Shown: positions 28,966 to 45,566, counted from the first letter of the stretch. The stretch is 64,000 nt of DNA from Octopus vulgaris (GCA_951406725.2 OX597822.1:78058001-78122000), one strand, 5' to 3'. The notes: a model not told the origin generated them from the sequence alone. Translations and numbers: made by a program.

Positions 28966-29158
28966 ATCCAAACATGAAAACACAAAGAGAAAACACAACA
29001 ACGCGAGGACGTGGAACAAATATAGTATTATTGGACGCTCAGGAAGGAAGGGAAGAAGGAGGGTTTTTACGTTTCGAGCGTAGCTCTTCGTCAGAAACAT
29101 AGGAAAAGGAAAGATCAAGAGAAGGGAAGACGGAGGGAAAAAATCGCCAACGGTACAC
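28961..29158 (-). mobile_element. Solo PLE pLTR-like unit, same family as the Neptune 3' end at 51280-51460
   Basis: Shares the HHR and the cctgagcg..aataatact..tgttcca..gtttggattaa-(TA)n tail. Confidence 0.75.
29063..29098 (-). ncRNA. Minimal type I hammerhead ribozyme
   Basis: gttt CTGACGA a-gagc-tac-gctc GAAAC GTA aaaac; helix III reduced to the ACGU palindrome. Confidence 0.75.
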
Positions 29159-29452
29159 ACACGCACATATATATATATACATATATATATATATACTTTA
29201 TTTAAAGCAGCAGAAAATTCAACAAAACCTGTTACTCTGTAATGTCCTTTATACCTCACACAGTCCTTCCACTCATGACCTACCTCACTTTGTCTTAAAC
29301 GATTGAACTGCGCATATTAAAATCCTCTACATCTATTCCGGAAACAGCTGTAAGAGACCATCTGCACACCATCATACACACTTACTTCTTACGATATACT
29401 CTTTTCTAACAGCTGTATGGTAAAAACTCAGAAACTGAAAGCTCTAAACCAG

Positions 29453-29502
<50 letters not shown>

Positions 29503-29542
29503 GCACACTCTTTAAGTTGCATAAGTTGAAGGCCACATTCAT

Positions 29543-29654
<112 letters not shown>

Positions 29655-29781
29655 CGGTAACGGGAAACTCAGAGTAACAGGTTTTGTTGAATTTTCTGCT
29701 GCTTTAAATAAAGCATATTACTCTACCACTGGTATTTGAGTACTCTTTTTTCTACCTTGTTTCACATTTATGTGTTTACTC

Positions 29782-29844
<63 letters not shown>

Positions 29845-30680
29845 CATACATAATTGAGGTGGTTACCACCACGTTAGCATGATTGCCAAAATCACAGTCT
29901 ATAAAGCAACTGAAGAAAGCGTACAACACGTCTCACAACATGAAATATAGTTAAAACATTTATTTTTAAACTATATAAGTTTTTAAAAGTCAGGTTTATA
30001 ACTTCGAAGCCACTGACACTTCTTTACTATAAATGCATAAATAAATTGTGTATTACGTGCATACGGTTAAAATCTAGGTGTATAGCTCTGTCCTAAAAAA
30101 AAAAACTTTGAAAATTTTTATTTATAGTCGAGTTGTAAGTACAGACGTTTACAAATCTTTTTATTGTCGTAGAGAAAAGATTGTATTCTCTATTCTGCGT
30201 GTTATACTTTGGTTTTATTGATGACCTTGTGCACAAAGGTTTAGCATATTAATTACAATGTTGCTTTGACACACGAATTGGCATGCTATTTCCCTTCAAA
30301 CGGGAATGCAGTGGCCGAAATTGTAGTTGGGTTTTATGGACAACAAATGACGTAATGTATAAAAAACAGTATGGGAATCAAGTTTATTAATCTGGTTTAT
30401 TTCTCACGATATTATACAAAACAGTGGAAGATAAAAGTAATATGTAAGACACGGTGATAAAAACATTTAGAAAATGTGAGAACACCAATGAATACAAATC
30501 ATTTGACACAAGTTTAAATACCAACCGTTGGTGGTGAGGAACTCACTAAACTCGGTTATTTGTAATAGTGTATGAGTACTCTTAAGCATGTTATAAAGCA
30601 CAAGTCATTAATATCGGTAATAAAACATTCTACAAAAAGTACACTTTACATTACGTGACACACATGAACTGACAAATGGT

Positions 30681-31654
30681 GGATCTTTTCTTTTTGAAGG
30701 CCAGATTTTCCTAGTTAACTAAAAAATTTGAAACTTCGTATACTGGTAGAATGTGTCAAAAGAAAACATTATTGTAAACAAAATTGAAAACAAAATTTTT
30801 GTAACTTAAACGTAGTTTAATTTTTACGAATTTTAACCAATGAAATCCCAACATCTTCGAATATTAACCAATGAAATCCCAACATAGCTGCGTTATCGAT
30901 ATTGATAAAGAAATATAGCAGACGCACGACACACACGACACACACACACATTTGCACAAGCACATAGTAATTAATATATAAGCGTACACACACATACAAA
31001 CGGACATATACATACACACACATACGCACACAAGCAAAAATACACGTTGTGTTTTGCCACTTGCTGCAACAAATTTGCACAGAAGGGGGGGGGGGCAATG
31101 TTTCATCGTTTCGGGGTCGATAAATTAAGTACCAATTACGCACTGGTGTCGAGGATCTTTTTACCAATTTATATCACAGCTTCCGAAAAGCTGGGGGCAT
31201 CCTTTTATGAAGAAATATTTCGCAAATGTTTACAATACGACTCACACTCCACGCGCAAACTCGAGACCGATTTAGGCATATTATTGTTTTGTTTTTGTTG
31301 TTTCTGGCACTTCAAAACCATGGGAGAAGCCTTTTCGGTAAAAAAAAAATAAAGAAACTATTCAAAAAATATCGTTAATATTTTTATTGGGCGACGAAAT
31401 TAATCGATTTAAGAGATATAGCTGTTATTTCTAGCACATGTAGAAGACAGAAGAAGAGGTAAATAATTTGAGCTCGAATGCTGTGATTTCATTGGTTAAA
31501 ATTCTTAAAATTAAACTACGTTTTAGTTACGAATTACAATTTTGTTTTCAATTTTGTTTACAATAATGTTTTCTTTTGACACATTCTACCAGTATACGAA
31601 GTTTCAAATTGTTTAGTTAACTAGGAAAATCTGGCCTTCAAAAAGAAAAGATCC
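30681..31654. mobile_element. Non-autonomous DNA transposon with ~170-bp TIRs and 8-bp TSD (same family as 13828)
   Basis: ggatcttttc..gaaaagatcc ends; TSD caaatggt on both sides. Confidence 0.85.
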
Positions 31655-31683
31655 CAAATGGTTAGGCGAGCTGGTAGAATGAG

Positions 31684-32126
31684 GGCTGCGAGTTGGCAAA
31701 AACGTTAGCACGCCGGGCGAAATACTTAGCTGTATTTCGTCTGCTGCTACGTTCTGAGTTCAAATTCCGCCGAGGTCGACTTTGCCTTTCATCCTTTCGG
31801 GGTCGATTAAATAAGTACCAGTAACGCACTGGGGTCGATATAATCGATTTAATCCGTTTGTCTGTCCTTGTTTGTCCTCTCTGAGTAAAACATTACTCAG
31901 AAATTTATATTATATCTCCACAGCTTTTATCATCTGTTGGTGAAAATTCATACCCCAGCAACAACTATGTAAAACATTTTTCTTGCAGAGAAACCACCAA
32001 AACAAGCGATGGTGGTGGTGGTGGTGGTTCCAAACACAGACATGAAGGTACATGCACACACGCAATCACACATGCACTCAGAGATACACACACGCATATT
32101 CACAGATACTCACTCACACATACACA

Positions 32127-32158
<32 letters not shown>

Positions 32159-32392
32159 CATATTTAACAACTCTGTAAAGGCGGCGAGCTGGTAGAATCG
32201 TTAGCACGCTGGACGAAATGCTTAGCGGTATTCTGCCCGTCGATACGTTCTGAGTTCAAATTCTGCCGAGGTCGACTTTGCCTTTTATCCCTTTCGGGGT
32301 CGATAAATCAATTACCTGTTGAGCACTGGGATCGATGTAATCGACTATCCCCTTCCCAAATTTCGGGCTTTGTGCCTATAGTAGAAAGGATA
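31684..32392 (+). mobile_element. Two SINE family B copies (31684-31882 and 32179-32392)
   Basis: Family B head and core. Confidence 0.75.
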
Positions 32393-32409
32393 TTTAACAA
32401 CCATATATA

Positions 32410-32745
32410 TTTACTTACGATGGCAGTCCACTCGTGACCGAGGAAGACCATTGCCGACCTTCAGGAACATTGTGCGCTCTAGGACTAACTTATATTTTGT
32501 ATTTGCGGCTCCGTTGGTGGCTAATGAGCCCTGCTCTTGACAAGCATACACGACTGCAAACATTGCAGACCAAGCTTTCCTCATTCGCTATACGAGCCGT
32601 GCGCTTTCGCGCAACTCGCTTAAGTTCTTCATGCTGGATACGTGCTCTCTCAAGAGTGTCGATCCCCTCCTTAACCTGCTTCCTCCATCTGTGGCGATGA
32701 CAGGCATTGTTCTCCCAGTCAGTGTCCTGCATATCACAGGCCTTT
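32410..32745 (-). mobile_element. RTE-clade LINE 3' fragment
   Basis: DWENNACHRHRWRKQVKEG..CNVCSRVCLSRAGLISHQRS, the typical RTE C-terminus with a C2H-type finger. Confidence 0.75.
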
Positions 32746-33937
32746 AATATATATATATACACACACTATGATATTTGTAATATATTATATATATATTATA
32801 TTACAGATAGATATACATAAAAATAAACATACACTCAAGCACATACACATATATACATACACATACACATATACACACACAAGCACAGACTCACCACACC
32901 TTACCAATTCCAAGCTGTTTATATTGAAACATGGTCTTGAGCATGCTGTGCTGTGATATAATGTTCTGTGAGACTAGCGGAAGTTCAGCTCATACTGGAA
33001 ACACTTAGGGAGAGGTGGTATTCCACTCCTTCAATGACATCACACACAAACATACGCACATAAATACACACATATGCACACACCACATATACATACGTTC
33101 ACACTCACACATAGTCACGTCCACACATAACCTCTTTCGGTCTGTCTGTCTCGCTCCCCTTCTCTTTCTCTCTCTCTCTCTCTCTGTAGCTTTCTCTCAC
33201 ACACACACATACACATACACAAAACAACTATCTATCAATCTATCTCAGTCGTTTATATGTGGTTGTATGGCAAGAAGTTTGTTTCCCAACCACATGGTTC
33301 CGAGTTCAGTTCCACTGTATAGCACCTTGGGCAAGTGTCCTTTACTATAGCCCTGGGCCTACCAGAGTCTTGTGAGTGGATTTGGAAAGAAGCCCGTCGT
33401 ATTAGTGTGTGTGTATATTATTATTTCTGTGTTTGTCCCACTGCCATCGCTGGACAGCCGATGTTGGTGTGTTTAACGTTGTGCGTCTGCGTGAGATATT
33501 ATCTCAAGAAGAAGTTAATATGGCTTTCCTTAACGTATCTGCATTAAGTATGGTAAACAGATTGCTATTTTGAACTAATATTGCTTTCATTGCACGGAAT
33601 GAATTTTTATTCAGTCTGCTGCTAACCGCAAAATCAGTTATTTTTTAATCTCTGTTTTCCTACATCAATGACGACAGGTTTAGTGCTAGCATGTTTTTGC
33701 GACTGGGCGCTTGCAACTGACAAAGTTCAAAGAACTGAAACGCATATCTAGCAAGCCATCAGCACTGCTCGGCGATTCTCATTCGCAAGTAATATATTTT
33801 TGTGCTATTTAACACTGCAGGTCTATAAAAGATATTATCTCAGGGCGGATGTTGCAGTTAATTTCGCCTTCCCTGTTGTGTTAGCATTATGTGCAATACA
33901 CACATTCCGATTTTGTATTGATCTCGTTCGGGTAGGT

Positions 33938-34122
33938 CAGTGGTTCCCAAACTTTTCACCACCAAGGACTCCTATTATTTAAATGAGTTTTCCCACGGCC
34001 CCCTTTTAATATGCTTATCATTATGTATGTATATATAAGAAATTTTGAATTTAGTTCACGGACCCCCAGTACTATCTTTGCAGACCACCAGGGGTCCGCG
34101 GGTCACAGTTTGGGAACCTCTG
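33938..34122. mobile_element. hAT (Charlie-like) MITE
   Basis: TIRs cagtggttcccaaact / agtttgggaacctctg; degenerate 8-bp TSD gggtaggt / ggataaat. Confidence 0.7.
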
Positions 34123-34615
34123 GGATAAATTTTCGAGTAGTTCCAAATCAGGACAAGTGAAAATCTGCGTTGCCTTTGCGGATTTACAAAGAGCGATCAC
34201 TGTTACCTCTTTTGCTGAAGAAGGGTAACGGAGCAAGTCGTGAATTCGCTTGGTAGAAACTGGATTTATGTCAGCGATAAATCTTGTATTGTCTACTTGT
34301 TCTAGTCATTCGATTGTGGTCATGCTTGGGCGCCGCCTTGAACAAATAAACCAATGGACTCTGCTACGTATTTATTAATATTTTTAAAATTCTAATACTT
34401 ATCCTATCAGTTTCTTTTGCCGGGCTGCTTTGCTAAGAGGACGTAAACAAACCAGCACTGTTATCAAACAGTGGTGGTGTATGTGTATGTGTGTGTTGGT
34501 GTGACCTATGTAGTCTATATATAAACAAGGCAAATTTAACTATTTTTCCATAGATTGGAAAAAATCGATGACCATCCTTAATCGATTTTCCAGCCTTATT
34601 GGATTCTCATCAGAG

Positions 34616-34939
34616 GTGTTTACTACATTTTTGACCATTCCAAGAGAAACAAACAGCCAGTCTGTTTATATACGCAATAAATTCAGTAGCTACAGAGAAC
34701 TGGAACTACCAATCTGCATCCAGTTGTCACCAGAAACGCCAGTCCTCACAGTATCAAGCTATGATATAATATAATTGATGAGATTCTTTCAGTTTCCGTG
34801 ACCAGATCCATTCACAAGGCATTGATCGACTCGAGGCAACTTGTCCAAGGAGACACGCTGTGGAACTGACATCGGAACCATGTCAATGGGAAACAAATGT
34901 TCTACCACACATCGATGCCTGAGCATATATATATATATT

Positions 34940-35038
<99 letters not shown>

Positions 35039-35428
35039 GCGCAATGGCCCAGTGGTTAGGGCAGCGGACTCGCGGTCGTAGGATCGCGGTTTCGATTCCC
35101 TTCGCGATGTGTAACTACATCTGATGGACTGGTCGGTCACGTTATATATATATGTAAATGTAATATGTGACAATTATTCGGTAGCCATGATAAAACTCCG
35201 AGCTTCGGATGCCGAGGTGGAAATTCACGCCGCCATCTCTGGTCACGGAAACTGAAAGAATCTCATCAATTATGTTATATCATAGCTTGATACTGTGAGG
35301 ACTGACGTTTCTGGTGACAACTGGATGCAGATTGGTAGTTCCAGTTCTCTGTAGCTACTGAATTTATTGCGTATATAAACAGACAGGCTGTTTGTTTCTC
35401 TTGGAATGGTCAAAAATGAAGTAAACAC
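34616..35428. repeat. Inverted duplication (34616-34803 versus 35241-35428)
   Basis: ~188-bp reverse-complement match. Confidence 0.9.
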
Positions 35429-35449
35429 TTATGGTTGTTCCGATGGCCG

Positions 35450-35510
35450 GATAACTGAAGAGATAGCGGCGTGAATTCCCACCTCGGCATCCGAAACTCG
35501 GAGTTTTATC
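35450..35510 (+). ncRNA. Type I hammerhead ribozyme
   Basis: gataa CTGAAGA gat..atcc GAAA ctc-g-gag TT ttatc; helix I gataa/ttatc. Confidence 0.7.
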
Positions 35511-35641
35511 ATGGCTACCGAATAATTGTCACATATTACATTTATAAATAAATTCTTCTATTCACATAATATCGAGGTCTCTTTCTTTCTTTTGTTATGT
35601 CACCGTTTTTATCAATATATATATATATATATGTACATATA

Positions 35642-35677
<36 letters not shown>

Positions 35678-35790
35678 TGTATGTATGTATGTATAGCTGA
35701 AATTTATAGAAAAATTAAAAAAAGGGGAAGACAGGCGTATGAATAACAAGCAAGTTTATTAGTTTGACGCTCGTGAAAAATGAAAAAGAT

Positions 35791-35826
35791 CTTTTATGTT
35801 TCGTGCCTACGCTCTTCAACAGAAAG
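35791..35826 (-). ncRNA. Decayed minimal hammerhead, related to the 29063 family
   Basis: cttt CTGTTGA agagc-gtag-gcac GAAAC ATA aaag. Confidence 0.5.
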
Positions 35827-38008
35827 GAATAAGAGAACGTAAACACAGGGAGAATTTTAAAAACCTTGTAGATTTCAGCAGTCGAGCATGGCGAATTATT
35901 GGAAAAATGTTATATATATGTGCGTGTGTGTGTGTGTGTTTGTTTGTGGAACTTGACAAGATTCCGCACAGCCAATCCTTGTATGAAGCCCTGGGATTTC
36001 AGTATGAATAAATGTAGGAGCTAAACAAAACAGCTTATATTTATCGTTTAAAGTATTAAACAAACAGTTTCTTATATTCAGATCTAACACTACTTTATGC
36101 AAACTATTTTCTCACACCAGTTTTCAATACACTTTGATCTGACCGCGAATACGAAATGATTATCTTAGAAAGAAATTTCCACGGGTTACCTTTGAACGTA
36201 AGGCGGCAGGTTGGCACAATGGTTAGCACGTCCAACAATACGCTTGGCGGCATTTGTTTCGGCGTTCTACGTTCCGAGTTCAAATACCACTGGGGTCAGC
36301 TTTGCTTTTCATCCCGTCGAAGTCGATAAAATAAAGTGCTAATCAAGTACTGGGGTCGATGTAGTCGACTGGTCCCTTTTCTTTAAAATTGCAGGCCTTG
36401 GATCCTACAACGGACCGGCGTCCCATTTAGGGGTAATGTTGTGCCCTCGGTCACTTACACGGCATGGTAACCGGGTAACCAGTCACATGTATCTCGGAAC
36501 ACAAGTAAAATTCAGTGATGCATAAGTTGAAATCTTTTTCATTCGAGATTATTTAGACCAAAATTATTTAGATCTTTTTAAAGAACTGTTTTTTTAAAGC
36601 GATATTTTTCTTTCACTTTCCGACATACCGTGTTTGGGTTAGAATTAGAAAAGCAAACTTGTCGTTAATGTTTATTCGTTGAAGTAGGAAATTTTCGATA
36701 ACGTTTATCGATAAGTTTTTCATGGAAGCCCTTGAGGTCATACTTTGAAGTTATAAACTTCCCTTCTGAAGTGTAGAATTTTCGTGCTTTCTAGCTAGTT
36801 TTTTCACAAGATATAGCTTGGACTATTGTTCAAATTACACGTTATGTTCGATTCCGCAGCAAAAGCTGATGGTATTTCCATCTAGTTTCATTGTCCACAT
36901 GGGCTCCTTACGTTTAGTTATTACATAACTACATACACATTACTGTACTTTCAAAGCCATAACAGTTGTATAGTGGCAAATATTGATTGCCAATGTGTGT
37001 TATCACAAACTTCGCCATCGTCTCGAATGGTTAGTTTCTTTTTCCCAGATTCTGTTATCTAAAGATTGTTTAGAGAAACTGAAAAAATTCTTCTCAAAGT
37101 GCAGTTTTAAATCGTTTTAATACTTTATATTTTACAGTCATCTGTACTGCATCGGTTTCAACAGAGATTTGAGTAATGAGTAATAGTGATAGTAGCAATA
37201 ATGTTTGCTACATATTTTGTATTTTTTTTCATTTTATACAGACTTAGAGGTACGTGGCCTAATGGTTAAAGCGTCGGGCACATGATCCCAAGATCTAGTG
37301 CGGTTTTGATTCCTGAATTAGGCGATCCGTTGTGCTATTGAGCAAGGTGCTTCATATCACATAATTCCAGTCTACTTAAATGAAAATTAGTACCTATTTA
37401 CTACTGGTGCAGCATTTTTTAATTTCTAATGGTCACATCCTCGATATTCTGTTGGGTCGAGAAAGGATTGAGGGGTTCAGAGAATGCGTCTGTCTGTTCA
37501 CGGCCATGTTTCCGAGTGATCGCCATGGTTATATGAGAATTGAACAATGGTGGTAGTAGTGACAGTGGGGATGACAATGATGATGTTAATGATGGGGTTG
37601 AGGTAGGTGATAAAAATGATGGAGCACTCTTAACTTAAACCTCAATTAGCGCACCCTTAATGAAACCCTTAATTAATGTACCCATTATGTTATCAGCGTG
37701 GCACAGTATTTGGTAAACTGGTCGTATACGGAATAGGTGCAATTCGTCCGACGGGCTTCCGTACAGTTTTCATTTACACAAATTTACTCACATGCCATCG
37801 ATCAGTCTAGGGCTCTAGTAGAATACACATGCTTTAAAGTATCACATGGTGTACGATTGAACTCGAAATCACGTGGTTGCAAAGCAAACTTCATGTCCAC
37901 ATGACAATGCCGGCACCTAGCCATGACAAATACATACACACACACACACGCACACACACATACATACATACATACATACATACATACATACATACATACA
38001 TACATACA

Positions 38009-38042
<34 letters not shown>

Positions 38043-38058
38043 CGTACATACATACATG

Positions 38059-38275
38059 CGAGAGGTGCTGAAAAGTTCACGACTTTGGGCAAAAGAAAAT
38101 ACAGGAGGATCGGTTAATTATGATTATATTCAACATAACTCCCTTCTCAGATTTACTCACTTATTGCAGCGGTTCTTCAGTTTTTCTAAGCCTTGTAAAA
38201 GAACTCGGAAGATTGGGCCTCCTCCCAGGTCTTTCGCGATACCCTTAAAGCCAGGAGCTCTTCAGCACCATCTCG
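38059..38275. mobile_element. Mariner-derived MITE
   Basis: TIRs cgagaggtgctgaaaagttcacgacttt / aaagccaggagctcttcagcaccatctcg-TA. Confidence 0.7.
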
Positions 38276-38430
38276 TAATGAAGAATGAATACTGCACCAC
38301 CATTGACAGTATGAAAGTGGAAAATATTACTGAAGGTAGAGAAAAGTTCTTTGATCAGAAAGTGCCAGAGACAAGCCAAATACTTGGGTACGAGCACAAA
38401 ATTTTGATATTCTACATAAAGCCACTTACC

Positions 38431-38501
<71 letters not shown>

Positions 38502-38742
38502 CGCTGGTGTAAAAGTTACACACTTAGTCGCGTTAACAAATGATGTTGGTTCGAGTCCCACGCAGATAGGAAAGCCTTCTTTTTTCTGTCGAGGGTTTAT
38601 CTGCCCCTTTATTATACTATTTTCCTTAGACATTTCACAGTGTTCGCCATAAGTTTTAAGCTTATATAAAAATACCAACCATCATTATTATTTACAGGAT
38701 TGTAAAACACGGCGCCGTATAAAAAAGACATTCGCACCGAAA

Positions 38743-38863
<121 letters not shown>

Positions 38864-39407
38864 TACTTGGAGGGAAACGAAACGAAACGACGCGAGGGCG
38901 CTCAGTCATACAATAGTGTAATAAATAAAATATATGCATACATACATACATATATGTACGTACCTACATCTACATGTATATATATACATGCATATATAAA
39001 TATATATGCGTGAGTACAGGACACCACAAATAGACGTAGAACTCAACGAGAAACGAAAACGTAAAAACAAACATGGAAACGGACCTATTTTTTAACAACG
39101 AAAAAACAGAGTACAAGACAAACAACACAAGGAAAATTCCCCTTCATCAGCTGTCCCTAGTACGACTCCATGCGTGTTTCGAAGGTGAGGACAGAACACA
39201 CCCCGTCGAACTAGCCCTTCCTGCGAACGAATTAAATAAAATTCCTTCGCAGAGGGGTAAAAACAAGGAAAGAAAAAAATTTGACAAAAACAGGACGTAA
39301 AAACGATACAAATAAAATTACAAAATAAAATACAAAATAAAAATACAATTACAAAAAAATGCAGTACAAGAAATAAAAACAAACAAGAAAACAAACAATG
39401 AGGGCCT

Positions 39408-39502
<95 letters not shown>

Positions 39503-39799
39503 TGTATGTATGTATGTATGTATGTATGTATAAAAATTATAAATGGCTAAATTCCATGCTAATTTCTTTGGCGTAATAAAGTTAACGTTAACCTATTTAA
39601 TGCAGTGCGCATTAAAAAGCTCATTAGAAAAAGTTATGCGTTGAAGAAAAGTTAAACATTAATATCATTTTTATTATTCGACAGTGTGAGAAAAAAAACT
39701 GACTATTTTTCCGGTTTATTATAACCTCAGCACACCAAAGACATTACCGTACTTTCCGAAGTGGGGTTGAGAGGTCACAAAGTAATTGTTCTGTATGGT

Positions 39800-41500
<1,701 letters not shown>

Positions 41501-41853
41501 CATCCCAGTTTGCTGAGAGTGTAGACATGAGATGTAACATGACTAACCTGCGCTCGTCAAATTCGTGCTGCAGGTCAAACAGAGAGAATATGCAAGGCTT
41601 TTCTGAAACAAAACATGTAACGGTTTTTTTTTCTTCTGTTCTTCTTATCAACATTCCAGCGATGAAAATTTGTTTACAGTTTGGCAGCGAAACCCATCTT
41701 TACAGAATGAAGTTAGAGAAATGAAGAGAAAAGCGTTCATTTGCATGTGCATCCATTTATGCAGAAACATACGTGCATACATACATACGTACATACATAC
41801 ATACATACATACATACATACATACATACGTACATACATACATACATACATACA

Positions 41854-41924
<71 letters not shown>

Positions 41925-42278
41925 TCATACATATATATGGTATTTTGAATTTATGGGAGGAAATCCCATAAAAAAACTAAACAATTTTGTTAAAAATGGA
42001 GAAGAGAAGATGTTAAAATATATAAGAGAATTTTAATTCATGCAGACGATCGTTTCGTACAGCGATATAAAAATCATGCAAATTCATGGTTGAATAGAAT
42101 TAATTACATAATTAAATTAAATTAATTATATATCACTGTACTCTTCAGTGCAAGAAGTATAAACAAAATTTTTACAAAGGACTTGAGAAAGGACAAAGCA
42201 GAATAGGATCTTAGAGATTCATATTTGTCCTTATGAGAAAAAGAGATGTGAATCCAGTTAGGTTTTAACTAAAACTAA

Positions 42279-42311
<33 letters not shown>

Positions 42312-42355
42312 TACATACATAAATACATATACATACATACATACATATATATATA

Positions 42356-42394
<39 letters not shown>

Positions 42395-42893
42395 TACATA
42401 ATGCATACATACATGCACACATACCAGATATAAGGATCAAGAGCAGTGAAGGAAATTACAGACATTAATGTAAGTCGGTTGCTCAGCAGATGTTAACACA
42501 ATGGTAAAGATAAGTGAAAGCAAGAAAGCATCTATGCTGAACTAATGAGAAATACTCTGATGTAGGTGCAAGCGCATGTGTGTATGTATGTACGAATGTA
42601 TATCAAAGCAAAGAGAGATTATCAAGGAATTAGTAATCCAGGCAAAGTACTTCTTAAGCTGTCTGCAGAAAAAAAAATACACCGGACTAACAGAAGGGTC
42701 TTATGACCTGCATTGTAGTCCGGGTAATCCGAAGTTGAAAGTCGAACACGAAGTTCAATGCCAATCAGATTTTAAATCCATGGTTGCGTTACGTAGTTAA
42801 GATGCTATGGTTCTACGGAAGCTGCTAGTTTCTACGGAAAATACACAGGAGATAAATGGTTTAAATACATTTATTTAGTTACCTATTACCTAT

Positions 42894-42932
<39 letters not shown>

Positions 42933-43200
42933 TATGTTTACAGCTGTTTCAGATGATATCCACTAGGGTGCGTTCATGCTTCAGGTTTATCAATCAATCG
43001 ATTGATCGACTGAAAGTATAGCGAACCACCAGCTTAATGCTATCTTCCGCAGAACCGAAACAAATCACACACACACACGTACACACACATATACACACAC
43101 ACATATATATGAATACATATGTATAGCTATGCATATATATATAAATATATAATGTATGTATACTATACATATACATAGACATATATATATAATTATATGC

Positions 43201-43264
<64 letters not shown>

Positions 43265-43382
43265 ATGTATGTATATATATATATGGAAACTGAAAGAAGC
43301 CCATCGCATACACACACACGCACACGTGTATACATATATATAGATATATATATCCATCTATATATACATCTATCTATCAATC

Positions 43383-43428
<46 letters not shown>

Positions 43429-44238
43429 TCATTCGAAAGGTAAATCCTGGGGTCGCTTCGCTGGATTATGAATATTTTAATGAGTGTATATCCAAGAAAA
43501 TTACAATGAATGCAGAGATTAGTGAATCTGCATATTTTTTTTTTTTTTTTGGTTTCCACAGTCAATTATACTGCATATCCGGTTTCAGTTCGACCGGCGC
43601 ACGTTTCTGCGATATAAAAAAAACTCGCAATTGTATTTATATGCAGCTATTTTCATCAGGATAGCAGTCTATGCAACTTTATTCAAGGTCAGTCCACGAA
43701 CGTGGTCCGATACGAAGTGAATGTATTTAGGTTTGGATAACGTTACTAATGCTTTTGAGAGAAAAGATTGTAAGGGGAAGATTTGGAAACTTGATATGGC
43801 TATAAAACCTACAATATGGCTGACCTCATCCCTACTTTAGGTTTAAGTTCGAAATGGCGGTCCTAGACATTTAAGTACGTCAAAGTGCATTTTTCAACCC
43901 TAGTCTTAAGTGGGCTATGAGTTTGTAATCTTGCGATATTGTGTACAACTGCTGGCTATTAAATAAAATAAGATTAAATATATAAGGTATGACGAATTTA
44001 TTTATGAGGTCCATACCAAATTTTGAATTGGCCTTGTTCTAAAACAAGTAAAGGATAGAAGATGAACATTTCCAAACTTACCAGACTTTTAAAAAATGGT
44101 ACGTACGAAGAAGAACCAATTTGTTCAACTAAAACCCTTGAAGCGGTGCCCCAGCATGGTCGTGGGTCAATAACTGAAACAAGTCAAAAATAAAAGGTAT
44201 ATATTTCTATGTAGTCATTCAAATGTGTGTGTAAATAC

Positions 44239-44286
<48 letters not shown>

Positions 44287-44292
44287 AGATAT

Positions 44293-44335
<43 letters not shown>

Positions 44336-44659
44336 TATACTCACACACATATATGTATGTGTATGTGCGTGTGCGTATGTATGCCCGTATTTCTAAAACA
44401 CAGTAAAAATCCAAACATTCAATAAAATCCATATTTTCGTACATAGACACACATGCGTACATACACACGCACGCACGCACACACACGCATACACACACAC
44501 ACTCATAAACACACACACACACACAGTGAAGCATGCACGCAGACAAACGGACGCAGGGGCACACACATACATAGAGACACGCATAGATGCAAACACATTG
44601 CATTCATTTGCGAATATTTACACGCATGTATGCATAAATGCTTTTCCCGTCACACACAC

Positions 44660-44749
<90 letters not shown>

Positions 44750-44885
44750 GTATGTATATATATATATATATAAATCTATCTATATATACATATATATATG
44801 TAGGTCCCGGGTTGATTCGGGGTTAACCACAGTAAATAAGGTACTCAATACATAGCAGAGTAAAAATAATTTATTATATAGAAGG

Positions 44886-44936
44886 AGCTTCTACAGGACT
44901 AGAACTGTTTCATTCAAGAGAAATCTTCAGGAAGCT
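44886..44936 (-). ncRNA. Canonical type I hammerhead ribozyme
   Basis: agcttc CTGAAGA t-ttc-tctt-gaa-t GAAA cag-ttctagtc-ctg TA gaagct; 6-bp helix I. Confidence 0.8.
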
Positions 44937-45141
44937 AGTTAACAAGAATTGTATTGGCATTTATACATTTAGGCAGGTTTAAAGGGGTGTTGGTGGGGGA
45001 CTTTTGGGGGATAGGCATAGCGCAAAATATCATACTTGGGGGAGTGGTCAAGGAATCAGTGTTAAATTAGATTAAATTAGATAGAAGAATAAATAAAAAG
45101 ATAAAAAATATATATAAAAAAAATATATATATATAAAAAAA

Positions 45142-45176
<35 letters not shown>

Positions 45177-45209
45177 GATAGGGTTTTAGGTAAATAAGGA
45201 GATTCTCAC

Positions 45210-45566
45210 TTATACCTATGCACATATGTATACATATATACACACACATACAAACCTATATACATATACATACACACACACATATATATACATATATATA
45301 CACTTACACATACATATACATATCTACACATACACATATATATGTATACATACACACACTCACATGCATACACGTATACACGCATGTATATATACACACA
45401 CGACCACACATACATATACACACAGAAAAATATATATACACATACACACACATACACACATACACGCATACACACACATATCCACACACACACATGCACA
45501 CGCAGCACACTAGTCCCTATATACACATATATACACAAACACACATATATACACACACATACATAC

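Larger units (their letters stand above)
27434..29456. repeat. Inverted repeat pair (~215-bp arms at 27434-27651 and 29239-29456)
   Basis: Near-identical reverse complements; each carries GAAACAGCTGTA and abuts (TA)n. Confidence 0.9.

Noticed and set aside
36500-37200. Possible decayed DNA transposase; 24780-25720 looked similar
   Set aside because: I could not recover convincing motifs by eye; needs BLASTX
42935-42990. HHR-like CTGAAGC..GAAACAGCTGTA on the minus strand
   Set aside because: Core is altered and helix I cannot pair; at most a decayed or chimeric remnant
43570-43670. CTGATGA..GAAACCGG motif on the minus strand
   Set aside because: The UH cleavage triplet is missing and helix II is unclear
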